Source of the DNA: Batkoa obscura
Taxonomy: Eukaryota
Length of the DNA: 64,000 nucleotides
Assembly (NCBI GenBank): GCA_030770535.1
Contig: JASVEC010000026.1
Location: 434,001-498,000, forward strand
Reading direction: 5' to 3'
How positions within the stretch are numbered: the stretch's first letter is position 1; every line of letters begins with the position of its first letter. Below, in pieces: positions 26,322-40,170 of the stretch. A program made the translations under genes and the position numbers. The notes below the pieces were generated by a model. The model searched no databases. It was not told the origin of the DNA and saw nothing but the letters and a program-made list of their open reading frames with translations.

Positions 26322-27002
26322 TCTAGGTTAATAAAAAGATAAAATTGATTTTTTATAAAAGTTGATGCTTTAAAAAATTGAAATGTGATTATTGGTTGAT
26401 GAAGTGCTAAGTCAAAAAGCATTTACTTTATTAAGAAAATAAAAAAATCATTAATATAGGGATGTCCAAATTAGTTTCATTTTTTATCTGATTTTTAAAT
26501 ATTTTATATTTTAAAAACTCTGCTTAAAATTTTATAAAAACAAATTTATTAAAAAGCAAAAACACCCAATACAGTTTTAAATTATTTTATTATAATTTAT
26601 ATTATAAGTTAACAGAATTTTTACTAAATTTAATAGAAATTCCCGGATTAGCAAGGCTTTTACTAATATAACCTATATATTGATATTAATCAAAGTTGTA
26701 ATATGTAAATAAATATATATTCTTATAAAACTTCATTATAAAATATTTATTCTTGATTGCTTTATAGCCAACATTGCAGATTTGCTATTAAATAAATAAT
26801 TTTAATGCTGTAATTACATTATTAGTATATCACTAAGTTAATAGATAACTGTATGGGAGGGAGTGGTTAGCCTTAAAACTATAATTAACTATCTTTATAT
26901 AATATAAGCAGTATAATAATAATTTTTACTTATTATTATAATTATTTGCTTTTTAATTATTTATTAACTTAGCTATTAATAATTTAAGTAATATTAATAT
27001 TT

Positions 27003-27024
27003 GGGGATGTATTTTTTTGTTTAA
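27003..27024 (-). repeat. Isolated MITE family A terminus
   Basis: ATTT followed by GGGGATGTATTTTTTTGTTTAA, then unrelated sequence. Confidence 0.6.
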
Positions 27025-27029
27025 TAAAA

Positions 27030-27506
27030 TATAAACATTTTTAAAAATTATATTTGTTTTATTATTATTAACAGTTAAGTTATTAATTTTACTATGTTTA
27101 TAAATAAGAATCTTAAATTCTGAAATTAACTGATCAATATCTCCTATTTTATCTAATGCTTCAAAGCTATTTTTCCATTGTGAAAGATTTCCAAAATGCC
27201 CGTCAACCATACTTTTTCCATGATAGTCAGTAAAAAACCAAGATCAATATTTAAACTATTATTTATTTTATGAATTTTTCTAAACATGTAATGGAAAAAC
27301 TTTCAAATTTCAAATAGTTTTTTATACCTGCCTATATGGGGATGTATTTTTTTGTTTAAGAATTTTACTAACAACCTTTCCACTCAAATAGCGCTTAAAA
27401 AACGGAGAAAATAATGAAACCAAAAAAAACACCCTCATATATTAATTTTTATAAACTTTTTAAATAAAAGCTCTTTAGATATAAAATCAATTAAATAATC
27501 CCCTGC
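27030..27506 (-). pseudogene. DDD-type transposase remnant (Sola2-like), disrupted by stops, frameshifts and a MITE
   Basis: WFFTDYHGKSMVDGHFGNLSQW at ~27180-27240; 'KINI*AG' reading across the MITE at 27338-27436 resembles an upstream I-W-x-D catalytic strand. Confidence 0.5.
27338..27436 (-). mobile_element. MITE family A copy, TSD ATAT
   Basis: Consensus reverse complement, ATAT both sides. Confidence 0.85.
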
Positions 27507-27510
27507 ATAT

Positions 27511-27609
27511 GGGGATATTTTTTTTTGTTTAAGGATTTTACTAACACGTTTTCCGCTCAAATAGCGCCTAAAAAGTGGAAAAAGTGATGAAGCCAAAAAA
27601 AACACCCCT
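27511..27609 (-). mobile_element. MITE family A copy, TSD ATAT
   Basis: Consensus reverse complement, ATAT both sides. Confidence 0.85.
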
Positions 27610-27844
27610 ATATATTATTTGATAAATATTTATTTTTGTTATTTTTATTAAATCTTGATAAAATAGTTGAATTATTAAGTAAATATTATATAATAATTTC
27701 AATTTACTTATTTTTAATCTTTTTCATGTTTCTAATAATAGGTTATAATATTGACATTTTATTATTGTTGATCATTTTTGAATAGTCATATTGTTTTTTA
27801 CTTATATTAAATCCAAAGCTTTTATATTTATCAAAAGAATATGT

Positions 27845-27943
27845 GGGGGTGTTTTTTTTGGTTTCATTATTTTTTCCGTTTTTTAAGCGCTATTTGAGTG
27901 GAAAGGTTGTTAGTAAAATTCTTAAACAAAAAAATACATCCTC
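27845..27943 (+). mobile_element. MITE family A copy
   Basis: Consensus match; flanks ATGT/ATAT. Confidence 0.85.
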
Positions 27944-28635
27944 ATATTAAAGCTATAATTAATAATAATGCTACTTATTAGTTTTTATTTCTTGTTTTCT
28001 TTAAAGCATTAATTTTATAAATTATCTGATCAAAACTATTATTATTAATAAACTTTAATAGTATTTTTTTTTTCCTGTTTTATTATAAATAGTTGTTAAA
28101 ATTGATGTAAATGAATTACAATGTTTATATAATGTGTTTCTCCCTATTGTATTAAAAGTCTTAAAAATTCCATTTCGAAGTTTAGCTATAAAAGTTTGCA
28201 TTTTGTTTTCATTTTGATAAAAAATAAAGTCAAATAACTACATATTTATATATTATATATCTATTAAGCATTTGATAAAAGTAATATAAAGCATATGATT
28301 AAAAAAATTGATTATTCAAAAAAATAAAATAATTAAAATAAGTTTTTAAGTTAAATTTAAAAAGCTTAAAATTAAATAAAAAATTTAACTAATCATGCAT
28401 TAAGGACTTACAAATTTAAAAACTTAAAATTTAGATTAATTTTTAACTAAATTCTGAAACCAATTTAGACATCAATATATAATTAAATAAATTTTATAAA
28501 AGTATACAATAGCAACAAATTTATCAATAGCAATAATAGCTTAATTTTTAAAAAAAATACAAGACATTTTAAAGACGATTCTATAACAATTTGACAACTG
28601 TTAAGCAAACACACAATATATTTAACAAAACCTGC

Positions 28636-30180
28636 TTAACTCAAGAATTCGAATGAAGAATAGATGACTGCCGCAAAAGCATGTAACTCAGAGCATTCAG
28701 AAGCCGTCTAAAATAAAAATAAAACCCATTACTTGAAAACATTAAAAAATAACAACTTACATCAATATACTTATTATCATTCGTATTAAATACCTCTTCT
28801 GGGATACTTGATAAAGTAGGTATAATTCTAGCTAAATTAATAGCCCTTGGAGTTGATTCAGAGTCCTTAGATTCGAATAATGTTTGTTTTAATTCAATTA
28901 ATAAAGGCTCCATAAATAAATCCAAAATTTTATTAAAGACTAATTTGAAGTCATTGCTATATGAAAAAAACAATCGTTAGTATTAAGACTTTATGTTTTT
29001 ATAATAAAATGTTTCTACCTTTCAATAAAATCTTTAGCTTCATTTAATAAACTTCTTAAATCATGGTCAACTACTGTATCAATATATTGTTTAATATTTT
29101 GTTCATTAGTTCCCATAGTAACGGGTAAGCTGTGTCCATTTGCTTGTAATACTTCAAATTCTGATTCATAATTGTAAGGTAGCATAGCATTTAATATACT
29201 AGTTAAAAGCAACAATAGTATCAATATATATGATAATATTTTTAATATTTGTTTACCTATCATTGGACATAAATAAGGCGTCATCAATGTTCAATCTTAA
29301 TTTCATTGTCAATTCCAACAATTCAGTGTAATTAAATTTCTTCGATAAAGCAATACTAAAAAAATAAAAAAAATAAATTTCCTTTTTCTATTAATAAACA
29401 AATATTTTCGTTTACCTTTCCATTTCATTTTTGACTACATTATGAATTGTTTCCATAATACTTTGATATCCACGATTAATAAACCACCAAGTAAAAGATA
29501 AAAATAATTTTTCGTTTTCATAGGACATTTTAGCGGGTGTACTAGTGGAGTCCCTATTTAATGCTTCTAAATTGGGATGAGCGCCTATAATCGATTCAAT
29601 ATAAATTAAACGACCAACTAGATTCATTTGTATATAAGTGAGCAGACTTAAAAAATTAATCAAGTATAAAGAGCCAAGGGTACGAGTGAAGCCTTAATAA
29701 AAGGATTAATTCTAATAATTATTGCATAGTTGATTACAAAGTATACATACTCATTATCTTGACTTGTTCCCAAAGTTTTAATTTTAATTGTTTTAATTCT
29801 GTTTTATCGGTCGTGGTATTTTTTAATTCTGTTATCTGTTGAACTAAATCTTCTACTGGATAATCTTTAAATAAATTGATTTTAATTAATCCCAATAAAG
29901 ATTTAATCACTTCATTAGTATCAATTAAATTTTTTTCAAACCTCTTTTTTAAACTATAAAATAAATAGATAAATAAATAAATTCATCAATTCAATATATA
30001 TTATTTTAAGTTATAAACTTACTTTTCTTTAGCTTTCCTTGATTTCGCTTGATCCATTTGAAATTGGGTTATTTTATCTTTAGTATAGCTGGAAGCAAAA
30101 TAAGCAAAGGAAGCAACACCACTAATAATCAAGATGGGTCGCTTATATCGATTGTAGTAATCTACTACTTTTTGTAACAT
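28636..30180 (-). CDS. PEX3: Peroxin-3, multi-exon
   Basis: N-terminal basic+TM segment, KENLKKRFEKN, W.QVKIM.FTR...YS, IQMNLVGRLIYI, FLSFTWWFINRG, C-terminal FAAVIYSSF. Confidence 0.9.
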
Positions 30181-30559
30181 ATTGAGATGGGTATAGATAA
30201 TAGTCTTAATTGTATAAACTTGAAGATAATATTGAATAAAAAAGTTGCTATGTAAACCGAATTACTATTTAGAATATGAAAGAAAAATTAAGATTAAATT
30301 AGTACTTAAAATCATGGATATAGGCCTTACAAGGGATAACTAGTTTTATGTTAAGGATCGATTCTTTTTTGTTGAGATGACGTAGTGAAAGAAAAGGGGC
30401 TTTGTTGATATTTCCAATCCAGTTTTTATTTTAAATCAAAATTTCGGGCTTTGATTTTGTATTTATTTTTCATGAATTTGAAAATTAATGCTATAAAAAA
30501 TTTCATTCAAAAGTATAATTTCAATTTAAAATTTTTTAACTCTTCTTTTAACAAAAAAA

Positions 30560-31735
30560 ATGAGCCAGAAAAAAGCAACCAAGGGCTCAGATGGATTTAA
30601 AGAATATTATACCAATATTTATGGTTCCTCCTGGAAAGAATTATTAAAATGTTTAAAACGACCCACACGACATGTAATGATTTACAATTTTCTTGCTAAA
30701 GATAGCGAAGTATATAAAGAATTAAAATCCCTTGAATCAAAGCTTTTGGAATCCTCTCAATCAAAACTTGAAACTTTTAACAAAGATAGTGAACTTTTAA
30801 AATTTTATCATAAAGATATTTGGGTTTCAAATTATTGGGATCATATATTAGGTCCTCAACAATTAAAACTCAAAGGTGTAGATGTAGATTCGGAAGAAAA
30901 TTTAGCTTTCCCCTCACCTCAAGTATTTAATGACGAAGGTCTACTTTCCCATTATTGTTTAGATGCTGCTTCCCTACTTCCTATCATTGCTTTAGACTTA
31001 AAACCCAGTGATAATGTATTAGATCTATGTTCAGCACCTGGAGGTAAAGGAATGTTAATTGGTCAACTATTATTTGAACCTCAATTTACAGAAGCAAAAG
31101 AAGGTGAATATATAAAGCGTACAGGACGATTACATTGTAATGAAATGAACCGAAGTCGATATGATCGATTACGTCAAGTGATGTTAAGTTATTTTGGTAA
31201 ACAAGTGATCCAGTTACCACCCAATAATGGGATGGAAGAGGAATTAAAACCAATGTTAAAACTGACCAATTATGATGGTACATTATATGGATTGTTTAAA
31301 GAAAAATATGATAAAATATTAATTGATGCACCTTGTTCTTCAGAAAGACATTTGGTACATTTAGAACAATTAAAAACATTTGATAGTAAAATAAGTTTGA
31401 ATAATTCCCATACTCAATTAAAATTATTATTATCTGCTGCTCAAATGATAAAATTAAATGGTAGAATTGTGTATGCTACTTGTTCGTTATCTGATATGGA
31501 AAATGATTTGATGATCAAGAGTTTCCTTGACAGAAGACCCGGGTTATTTAAAGTGATCGAGTTTCTACCAGATGATAAAGGGTTGGAGAAATGGGGTAAA
31601 AAAACGGAATTTGGTTGGTTATGTTTACCTCATCAATCCTTTGGTTGGGGTCCAATCTATCTTGCTGTGTTGGAAAAAGTTAAAGAGGATGAGTTTATGG
31701 GAACGGAAGAGTTTGAAGAGGTACAAGAGGAGTAG
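30560..31735 (+). CDS. RsmB/NOP2/NSUN-family RNA m5C methyltransferase (NSUN3/4-like)
   Basis: LDAASLLP, VLDLCSAPGGKG, ILIDAPCSSERH, IVYATCSLSDMEND, GWGPIY. Confidence 0.9.
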   Translation: MSQKKATKGSDGFKEYYTNIYGSSWKELLKCLKRPTRHVMIYNFLAKDSEVYKELKSLESKLLESSQSKLETFNKDSELLKFYHKDIWVSNYWDHILGPQQLKLKGVDVDSEENLAFPSPQVFNDEGLLSHYCLDAASLLPIIALDLKPSDNVLDLCSAPGGKGMLIGQLLFEPQFTEAKEGEYIKRTGRLHCNEMNRSRYDRLRQVMLSYFGKQVIQLPPNNGMEEELKPMLKLTNYDGTLYGLFKEKYDKILIDAPCSSERHLVHLEQLKTFDSKISLNNSHTQLKLLLSAAQMIKLNGRIVYATCSLSDMENDLMIKSFLDRRPGLFKVIEFLPDDKGLEKWGKKTEFGWLCLPHQSFGWGPIYLAVLEKVKEDEFMGTEEFEEVQEE

Positions 31736-32250
31736 AGATGGAATAGATATTATAGAATTAAAATTAAAGTGCTTTCTTTTAATAAATGGAGATGTTTTTT
31801 TGATAATTAAAATTTAAAAAAATTAATATTCAAAATGAATTGTTAAATGAGTTTATTGTTGATATTAAAGATGGAAATAGTCATAATAGATATGTAAAAA
31901 TGGTTTGAAGTTTAAACAGAATTGTTTTTTTATTAATGAAATTAATTCTTTGTTTAATATAGGATTTGAAGAATATAAGAAAATCTATTATCATATAATA
32001 AAATAGTATTAATAATATAATAGTATAAAAGCTTATATTGAATATATCATTAACCACTGATAGGTTTACTACGCAAATGATAAAGATGTTAATTTAAATT
32101 TCTAATCCATTATGAGTCATCACTCATTGGTCTTAGTTTTTAACTTTGCATAAAACTATGAATTTCTATTCAAACTTTGCAAAAGACAAAGCAAAAAAAG
32201 TATAAAAAGGCCAATAAAGAACTCATTTACTTTTCATCACAAAACAAATA

Positions 32251-34089
32251 ATGAGTGATAGTATCAAACAAGCCATCGAATCAGGAGTTGGAGCCGTAAC
32301 TTCCAAATTACAAGATATTGGACTTGTAGGTGAATCGATTCCAGTAGAACAAAAAATTACTCCATGGGAAGTGGAAGGTGAAGTTGATTCAGAAGGTAAT
32401 AAAAAAGCTGTTGATTATACTAAATTAATTCAACAATTTGGTACCAAGTCAATTACCGAAGATTTATTAAAAAGATTTGAAACTTTAACTGGTCATAAAC
32501 CTCATATATTTTTGAGAAGAGGGCTATTTTTTTCTCATAGGTTAGTAAAGAAGAAGAAAAGGTATAAAAAGAGATATTAAATAGTTTATTTTTATAGAGA
32601 GTTAGATAAAATCCTTGATAGGTTTGAAAAAAAGAAGCCGTTTTATTTATATACTGGTAGAGGACCGAGTTCAGATTCTATGCATTTAGGTCATATGGTA
32701 CCATTCGTTTTTTGCAAGTAAGAGAAAAGCAAAATAACAAAAAAAGAAACATTTTTTAATAATAATAATGATAATAATAACAACAATAATGATATTTTTT
32801 TATTTTAGATGGTTACAAGAAGTATTCAATGTACCAATAGTGATTCAATTAACTGATGATGAAAAGTTTTTATTTAAAACTAAGTTAACTTTAGAACAAT
32901 GTAATAAATTTTCATATGAAAATGCTAAAGATATTATTGCAGTTGGATTTAATCCAGATAAAACTTTTATTTTTTCAAATATTGATTATGTTGGGTAACT
33001 TTTTTAATTTAACTTTAATAACTAAATTTTATATCATTTTTAGTGGTGCTTTTTATCGTAATGTATTAAGAATTTCAAGATTAATTACTCATAACCAATC
33101 AAAAGCTACTTTTGGTTTTACTGATTCGTAAGTTTATTGTTTTATTGATTTATTAGTTATTTTATTAATATATAAAAATATTAGTGATTGTGTTGGTAAA
33201 TATCATTTTGTATCAATTCAAGCAGCTCCTTCATTTTCCAATTCTTTTCCACATATCTTTGGCACTAAGTCCGATATTCCATGTTTAATTCCTTGTGCTA
33301 TTGATCAAGTAAGTTTATTATTATTTATATTAATATTATTTATTTATTTATTTAATTTATAATTTATTATAGGATCCTTACTTTAGATTGACTAGAGATG
33401 TAGCTCAACGATTGAAATATCCAAAACCAAGTTTAATTCATGCTAAATTTTTCCCAGCTCTTCAAGTAAGTTAAAATATTTTAATGAGATTATTTTATAT
33501 TTAATTTAATTTAATTTAATTTAGGGACCGCATACTAAAATGAGTGCTTCGGATGATAGTTCAGCTATTTTTATGAATGATACACCAAGTAGAATTAAAA
33601 ATAAGGTAAAGTTGATTTATTGTATAATTTAATTAAATAATAATAATTAATGTATTATTAATATTATTATATTAGATTAATAGATATGCTTTCTCTGGAG
33701 GGGGTGCTACTATTGAAGATCATCAAAGAGATGGTGGTAATCCAGATGTGGATGTTTCTTATCAATACCTTTCTTTCTTTTTAGAAGATGATGAAGAACT
33801 TGAATCTATTGCTAAAGTAGGTTTTTAAATATTTAATAATAATACTAATAATTTTATATATAAAATTAGCAATATCGTGCAGGTACTTTAACTACTGGAG
33901 CATTAAAACAAAAAACAATTGGATTACTTCAAGAATTTGTTGCTGATTTTCAAAAAGTAATTTCAAAATATATATTTATTTATTATGAGTTATAATTTAT
34001 TAATAATTATTTTTTATTAGCGTCGTTCTGAAATTACTGATGAAGTATTAAACAGATTCATGGATTCAAATACCAAAATGGAATTATAA
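32251..34089 (+). CDS. WRS1: Cytoplasmic tryptophanyl-tRNA synthetase (about 11 exons)
   Basis: [58 protein letters not shown]. Confidence 0.97.
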
Positions 34090-34169
34090 TTAATTATAAT
34101 ATAATAATAAAACTTTAGTTTAAAAAAATTGAATTGTTTTATTTTTTTACTTTATTGTTGTTTTAAATA

Positions 34170-36024
34170 TTATAAAAACCCAGTCAAATATTCGACCATT
34201 TGAAAATGAAATTCAGTTTTAAGTGCTACTTCGGCTATATGATCCTCATTAATATAAGCTAATGATTTTTTTAATGTTCTTTTAAATCTAAATAAATATA
34301 AAATAAACATGCAGTTAATAAATCATAATCAACATAATAAATAGAATCCACTTACTTTAAAAGTAAAATTAAAGCTAAATAATAAGCTTCCTTATTATTT
34401 AAATAGGAATATTCTTTTCTAAATATATTTAGGGTGTTAATCCAACATAATATATCTTGAATTAAATTTAAATTTAATTGAAATTCAATTTGAATTCTTT
34501 TCCATCTAAAAAAAAGTACATATTAATAAACCGTTCTTGAAACCCATAATTTTCATTCCTTATAAAAAAAACACAAAAAAATACATACTGTTCTACCATC
34601 ATTTTAGCTAATATCTCTCTCCTAATTAATACATTTTCATCCTTCGTTGGGTAACTTTCATCAAATTCAAATCTTATATTATTTTCTTCACTTAATTTTA
34701 AATCTTCAAAATATTGTTTACTTAATGAAGTTATTGAATTTTCAATTAATAAATAGATTTTTCCAAATGGTCTTAATTTAGGTTTTTCTTTAGGATATTC
34801 AGGCTCTAAAAACCAATCGGCATCTTCTTCTTCTTCCTCTTCTTCTTCTTCCTCTTCTTCTTCTTCATTATTTTCATTATTTTCATTATCTTCGTTATCT
34901 TCAGTATTATCCTTATTATCTTCTTCCTCTGACTTTATGCTACTGATCTTTGATTGTCTTTGTTTTATTTTTAATTTTACCTTATTTTCTTTACCCGTCT
35001 ATATAAAATACATAACTATTAATATATAAAATACAAAATTAAATTTTACTTTATCTTTCATCTCTTCTTTTTCCTCTTTCCTATTCTTTAAAATTAACAA
35101 TTTATCATCTTTATCATTATCTCCCTTTCCTTTTACTTTTACTTTCACTTGATAACCTTCAATAGCATCAAACCCCTCTTTACCAACTTCAAACTTAATA
35201 TCTTTAAAATTAATTTCTCCTTTATCAATTATCTTTAACTCCAATGGTTTGTTGTTTGATTTTAAATCGAAATTCATTCTATTTAACATATTATTTATGT
35301 ATGTTTTTTTAAATCGATTATCCGAGATTAATGTTGGTTTAGCATTTTTATTGGCTCTAAATAATAGGCTAAGTTAAAGAGTGTTCTATATTTGAATTAT
35401 ATAGCTAAGTTACATGTATTCTTTTACATTAATACCTAGTGGAATAACTTCAATTATTGGCCATCTAAAACAAAAAAAGAAGTATTAATATCTATTTAAT
35501 AGAACCCTAATTTTCTTTTCTTTTAACTTACTTTTTAAAATTTCTCATATAAATGGGCTCACTTATCAATTGTGCTTCAAAATATTTATTCGCTCCATAA
35601 CAGATATTAGAACAATAAGGTACCAATGGCGTGGTATCATAAAACTTGAGTTTCTTTCCAGAAATCTTGATTTTTTCTGATTGTTCTTTAGGTACATTGG
35701 AACATAATGGATAACCACAATAATTGGTTGTATTGCGTTCTATTATTACTTCCGAAAAATCAGTGGGAGTGAGGTATTTGGACTAAGAGGAAAAAGTTAG
35801 TATTTGATGGGATTATGTTAATGCCTTGTTGAAATGATATCGAAATAAGGAGATATTACCGATTCTATTAATATTTGTTCGGTTACTTTGGGAAATTGAT
35901 ATAGTTTTTGTTGCCATAAAGCCGTTAATTTTTCATATTTGGTTCGATTTAATACATTTTGATGAAAGATTAATTCCTTTGGTTCATATTTTTTAGATTC
36001 TCCTTTTTTATTGTCCGTTTGCAT
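34170..36024 (-). CDS. RTR1: Rtr1/RPAP2-family RNA polymerase II-associated phosphatase, multi-exon
   Basis: ERNITNYCGYPLC...YCSNICY zinc motif; acidic tract; later 'LRPFGK' segment. The 3' exon structure is approximate. Confidence 0.8.
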
Positions 36025-36119
36025 TCTAAATTCCAAAAAAATAGAAAAGTAAAAAATCGCAGTTTATCTTTTTTTATTTCTTTAATCCCTTTTCCAACTT
36101 TTCAAAAAAAAGAAAAAAA

Positions 36120-37400
36120 ATGAGTTTCACAGAATCAGAAGCAACAGAGCAAGCGACTTTAGCCCAAGAAAAATTTCAATTTGGGGAACTTGAAATGAAT
36201 GTATTAAAATTAGTTTATTTAACAAAAGATGGTATTAATAATTCAACCTTACAAAAAAAAATGAATGGAATAGAACCTAATCTTATTGTCAATGCTGTCA
36301 ATAACTTATCTTCCTTTGGTTTACTAGACTTTTTTATGGTAGATGGACAGATGGCATTTAATGGGGTTCCTATAACTAGTTTGGAAAAGTAAGTTTCTTT
36401 TTTAATTAATGAAATTTAAAGTGAATAGAGATTTTTTTTGACTCTTAGATTAGATGAACTTAATGAAGAAGAAAAAAGAATTTATAAAACAGTTGAAGAT
36501 TCACAAAATGAAGGTAAAAATTTAAAGTAAACTAATAATTAAAGTATTTAAACCATGTATAGGTATTTGGATCAAAACGTTAAAATCTAAAACTGGGTTA
36601 CATCAAAATGTAGTTACTCGATGTATCAAAGTATTAGAAAATAAGAATTTAATTAAAGCAGTTAAATCTATCAATAATCCAACTCGAAAAGTATATATGT
36701 TATGGGATAAAAATCCAAGCATAGAAATGACTGGAGGACCATGGTATACAGATCAAAATTTAGATGAACAATTTGTACAATTATTATATGAACATATCTT
36801 TAAATTTATTACTCATTTAAGTTTTCCTCGTCAGATACCTGAAGCTTCAGGATTAGGGGCTTGTTTTGATAGTGGTTATACAATGTATCCAACTGCTACT
36901 AATATTTATAATTATATTGCTACATCTCAAATTTCAAGACAAAAATTAACATTAGATGATATTAGAGAAATCTTAAATTTACTTGTTTTTGATGGTAAAA
37001 TTATCAAATTTATGAGTGATCTTGTACCAAGACCAGGATTTATTAATCAACATCAAAGTCAACAAAATAATCATAATAAAGATAAAGATAAAGATGAAGA
37101 GGAAGACAAAGAAGAATTTCAAACCGAATTTAATAATGATGCTTATGATTGGCAATATAAAGCAGTATTTTCAGGTGTTTTTGAAAAGGATCGAAATAAT
37201 ACTAATGCTTTAACGGATATCCCTTGTGGTACTTGTCCAGTAAGTTAAAATTAAAATTTATTATTAAATTTATTGAAATAATGAATATTATTTTTTTATT
37301 GTTTTTTATTGTTTTTTTTTAGGTTTATAATGAATGTCATCCAAATGGTCAAATTAATCCCAATACTTGTGAATATCTTAAAGATTGGTTGGATTTTTAA
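36120..37400 (+). CDS. RPC34: RNA polymerase III subunit C34/RPC6 (4 exons)
   Basis: EGIWIKTLK, LIKAVKSINNPTRKVYML, TGGPWYTD, terminal PCGTCPV...C...INPNTCEYLKDWLDF. Confidence 0.95.
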
Positions 37401-38602
37401 GAATTGGAAGGACATTAAAGGGATAACAGTTATAGATTAATTTGCTAAAATAATAAATAAAAAAAGTTTTATAGTATAAAACAGATGCTAAATTGTATTA
37501 AAAATAAATAAAAAGTTTATACCATCCTTGTAAAAGATAATCTTCAACAAATTTTAGTTATATTAATAGTATTGAGTTGATAGTTAATAGACCTTTATTT
37601 AGTCTTAACTATGTCTAAGCTATATTAAAAAAATTTAATACATTATTTTTAGAATTTTAAATCTTGGTAATAGCAGTATCTTATATGTAAACTGCAAAAA
37701 CTTTGAGATCGTTAAACCTGATGACATACTAACCGATAAGTTGACATAAGGTAGGTCAAGGTAAACCCAATACTTGACTAATGGTAATGAGAGGTTTTAA
37801 AGTCTTTGTAAACAGGTGTAAGGTAGATGATATACTTTGGACTAAGTTGACTATATTAACGTAACCAATAAGGTTTAAAAGCATACTTTATTTAAAAAAC
37901 AAACAAATAACCCTTAATAAAGCGAGATCCCAGAGGAAGAGATTCCATCACTTATATACTTTCTTTAAGTATAAAGTACATTACTTTGCCACATTTTATA
38001 TTCACACTTAATATATACGTCATCAAAGTTAGTCATAACTTTGATATTGGTCTTCTTTACATTACTTTCCATAATACATTCCACTTTTATTAAATCCCAT
38101 TCAACTACACCATCCGACTTAATAAAATAGACGATTTGATTAATAGCTCTAATAGATAAATTACAATAATTAATTTAATAGTTGAATTTAATATAACTTA
38201 TGAAAAAAATTAAGAGTGTTTATAAAGATAACTGATAAATTAAAATTAGCAAAAAGGAAGGATAAAGGGTAACTATTCATAAATTCCAAATTTTATTTTT
38301 GTTTAATTATTAATATTATTAAATAAATAATAAATACTATAAAATTAATTAGCTATTTTATTGACTTAGTATTTTTTAAATTATAATATTCACAAAGGTT
38401 AAGCTTATTTTTTTATTACAAATCTATATTAGTTGGTTTTGTTTATTTAAAAAGCTCAAATTTTTATTAAACAGCATGCTTCTTCACATATGCATCAATG
38501 AAATCTTTTAATGTATCAAATGAGGCTAGTTTTTAACATATTATCTAGTTATTTCATACTCATTTCGCTAACTCTTGTTTGAATTAATATTTGTTAACAT
38601 TT

Positions 38603-38701
38603 GGGAGTGTTTTTTTTGACTTCATTATTTTTTCCATTTTCTAAGCACTATTTAAGCGGAAAATTCGTTAGTAAAATTCTTAAACACAAAAATACATCCC
38701 C
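38603..38701 (+). mobile_element. MITE family A copy, TSD ATTT
   Basis: ATTT at 38599-38602 and 38702-38705. Confidence 0.85.
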
Positions 38702-38753
38702 ATTTGATTCATAAAACTTGAAGCAGAATTTACTATAAATAAATTGACAATAT

Positions 38754-38849
38754 GGGGATGTATTTTTTGTTTAAGAATTTTACTAGCGATTTTTCTACTC
38801 AAATAGCGCTTAAAAAATGGAAAAAGTAATGAAACCAAAAAATATCACC
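38754..38849 (-). mobile_element. MITE family A copy, TSD ATAT
   Basis: Consensus reverse complement, ATAT both sides. Confidence 0.85.
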
Positions 38850-40071
38850 ATATATAATTGTTATAAAATGAAATTTTAAACTCATTATATTAAATTGAAT
38901 TAATTATTAAATTTTGAATAAAAAATAGGTTCAATTTATATTTGTTTTTAAAAAAATCATAATTAAACTTTATATTATTGACATGTTTACTTGTATGAAA
39001 ATTATCTATTTTTAATTACTTATTAATTTTTTAACTATTTGGCTATCGATTGTTTAGTCATTGAGTTATTATCATTTGCTATAATAAATCAAGTTAAAAA
39101 ACAGAATCAATCAATATCTTTCTTTTGTTCTTGAAAAGTAATAGCTTGAAGTGTTTTATTAACTAAAATAAAATGTTAGATATTAAACTAGGTAAACTTT
39201 GGGAATAGTGTCATTTATAATGTTTTTTCTGTGAGTGTAAAGTAAGAGTTTGGACTCCTTTTGTCTTCAGTAGAATTAGAGAGATAAAATGGCTTCAGTT
39301 ATTTCTTAATACCTTAAACAATTTCCGATTGAACGATGAGTGAAGTTGAATTAAAAAGCGGAGTTGATAGTCTGGAGGGTTGAACTATACATAAATGAAA
39401 CTATTGTGTATGGTTTATAATCTCATTAAAAGAATTAAAGGTCTATACTAAAGATTCAGCTTTTAAAATAAAGTAGAGAGCTACGTTAAAAGTTATATGG
39501 GATAACAGTTAATGTTTTACTAATATTTTAAAAAAAAAAACAGAAGATGAGATATTTGATTTTAATTCAAGTATAAGTTAAATTTATTTCTAAAATAATA
39601 ATAGCTTTTAGTGTGTCTTTTTACTTGTAGTCTCAACCATAGGTTAATCAATTTGTATTATGCGTAACAAAAATAAAAAGGTAAATGGTTTAAGAAATAA
39701 AAAGATATACTTAATTCATCGTTTAAACTTAAAAACAAATCTAATTCATCATAGTCCAACTTTGCTATAGAAAATCATAATAAGTCTGACTCATTTGTAA
39801 TGTTTAAAGGGTTAAAATTTGAATAAAAAATAAAAACAATGACAACCAAACAAAAAAATAACGTTTCTGTTTTATTGATAATATTAAGACAAATTAGTTA
39901 AAAGATTTTTTATTTTATTTAGGGAATACCTAAAAAGAAAAAATAAAGTAATAAAACTATTCAACGATACTAATAAGTAGAATACATTAGGAATTTATAA
40001 AGAGAAGTAATACAAAAGAAATAAGAATAACTGATCTTCTCCTTGATTTTATTTTATCAATTAATCAATAT

Positions 40072-40170
40072 GAGAATGTTTTTTTTAGCTTCATTACTTT
40101 TTCCATTTTTTAAGCGTTATTTCAGCGAAAAGATTGTTAGTAAAATTCTTAAACAAAAAAATACACCCCT
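40072..40170 (+). mobile_element. MITE family A copy, TSD ATAT
   Basis: Consensus match. Confidence 0.85.

Larger units (their letters stand above)
26458..28476 (-). mobile_element. Decayed ~2-kb DNA transposon (family B, Sola-like) with transposase remnant and nested MITEs
   Basis: Imperfect TIRs AGGGATGTCCAAATTAGTTTCA / TGAAACCAATTTAGACATCAAT, ATAT on both sides; minus-strand peptide WFFTDYHGKSMVDGHFG. Confidence 0.55.

Noticed and set aside
37900..38130. Short minus-strand open stretch (YFIKSDGVVEWDLIKVEC...)
   Set aside because: About 50 codons, no start or splice support, no recognisable family.
39180..39480. Locally G-richer segment, possible retroelement relic
   Set aside because: No TSD, tail or protein motif could be identified.
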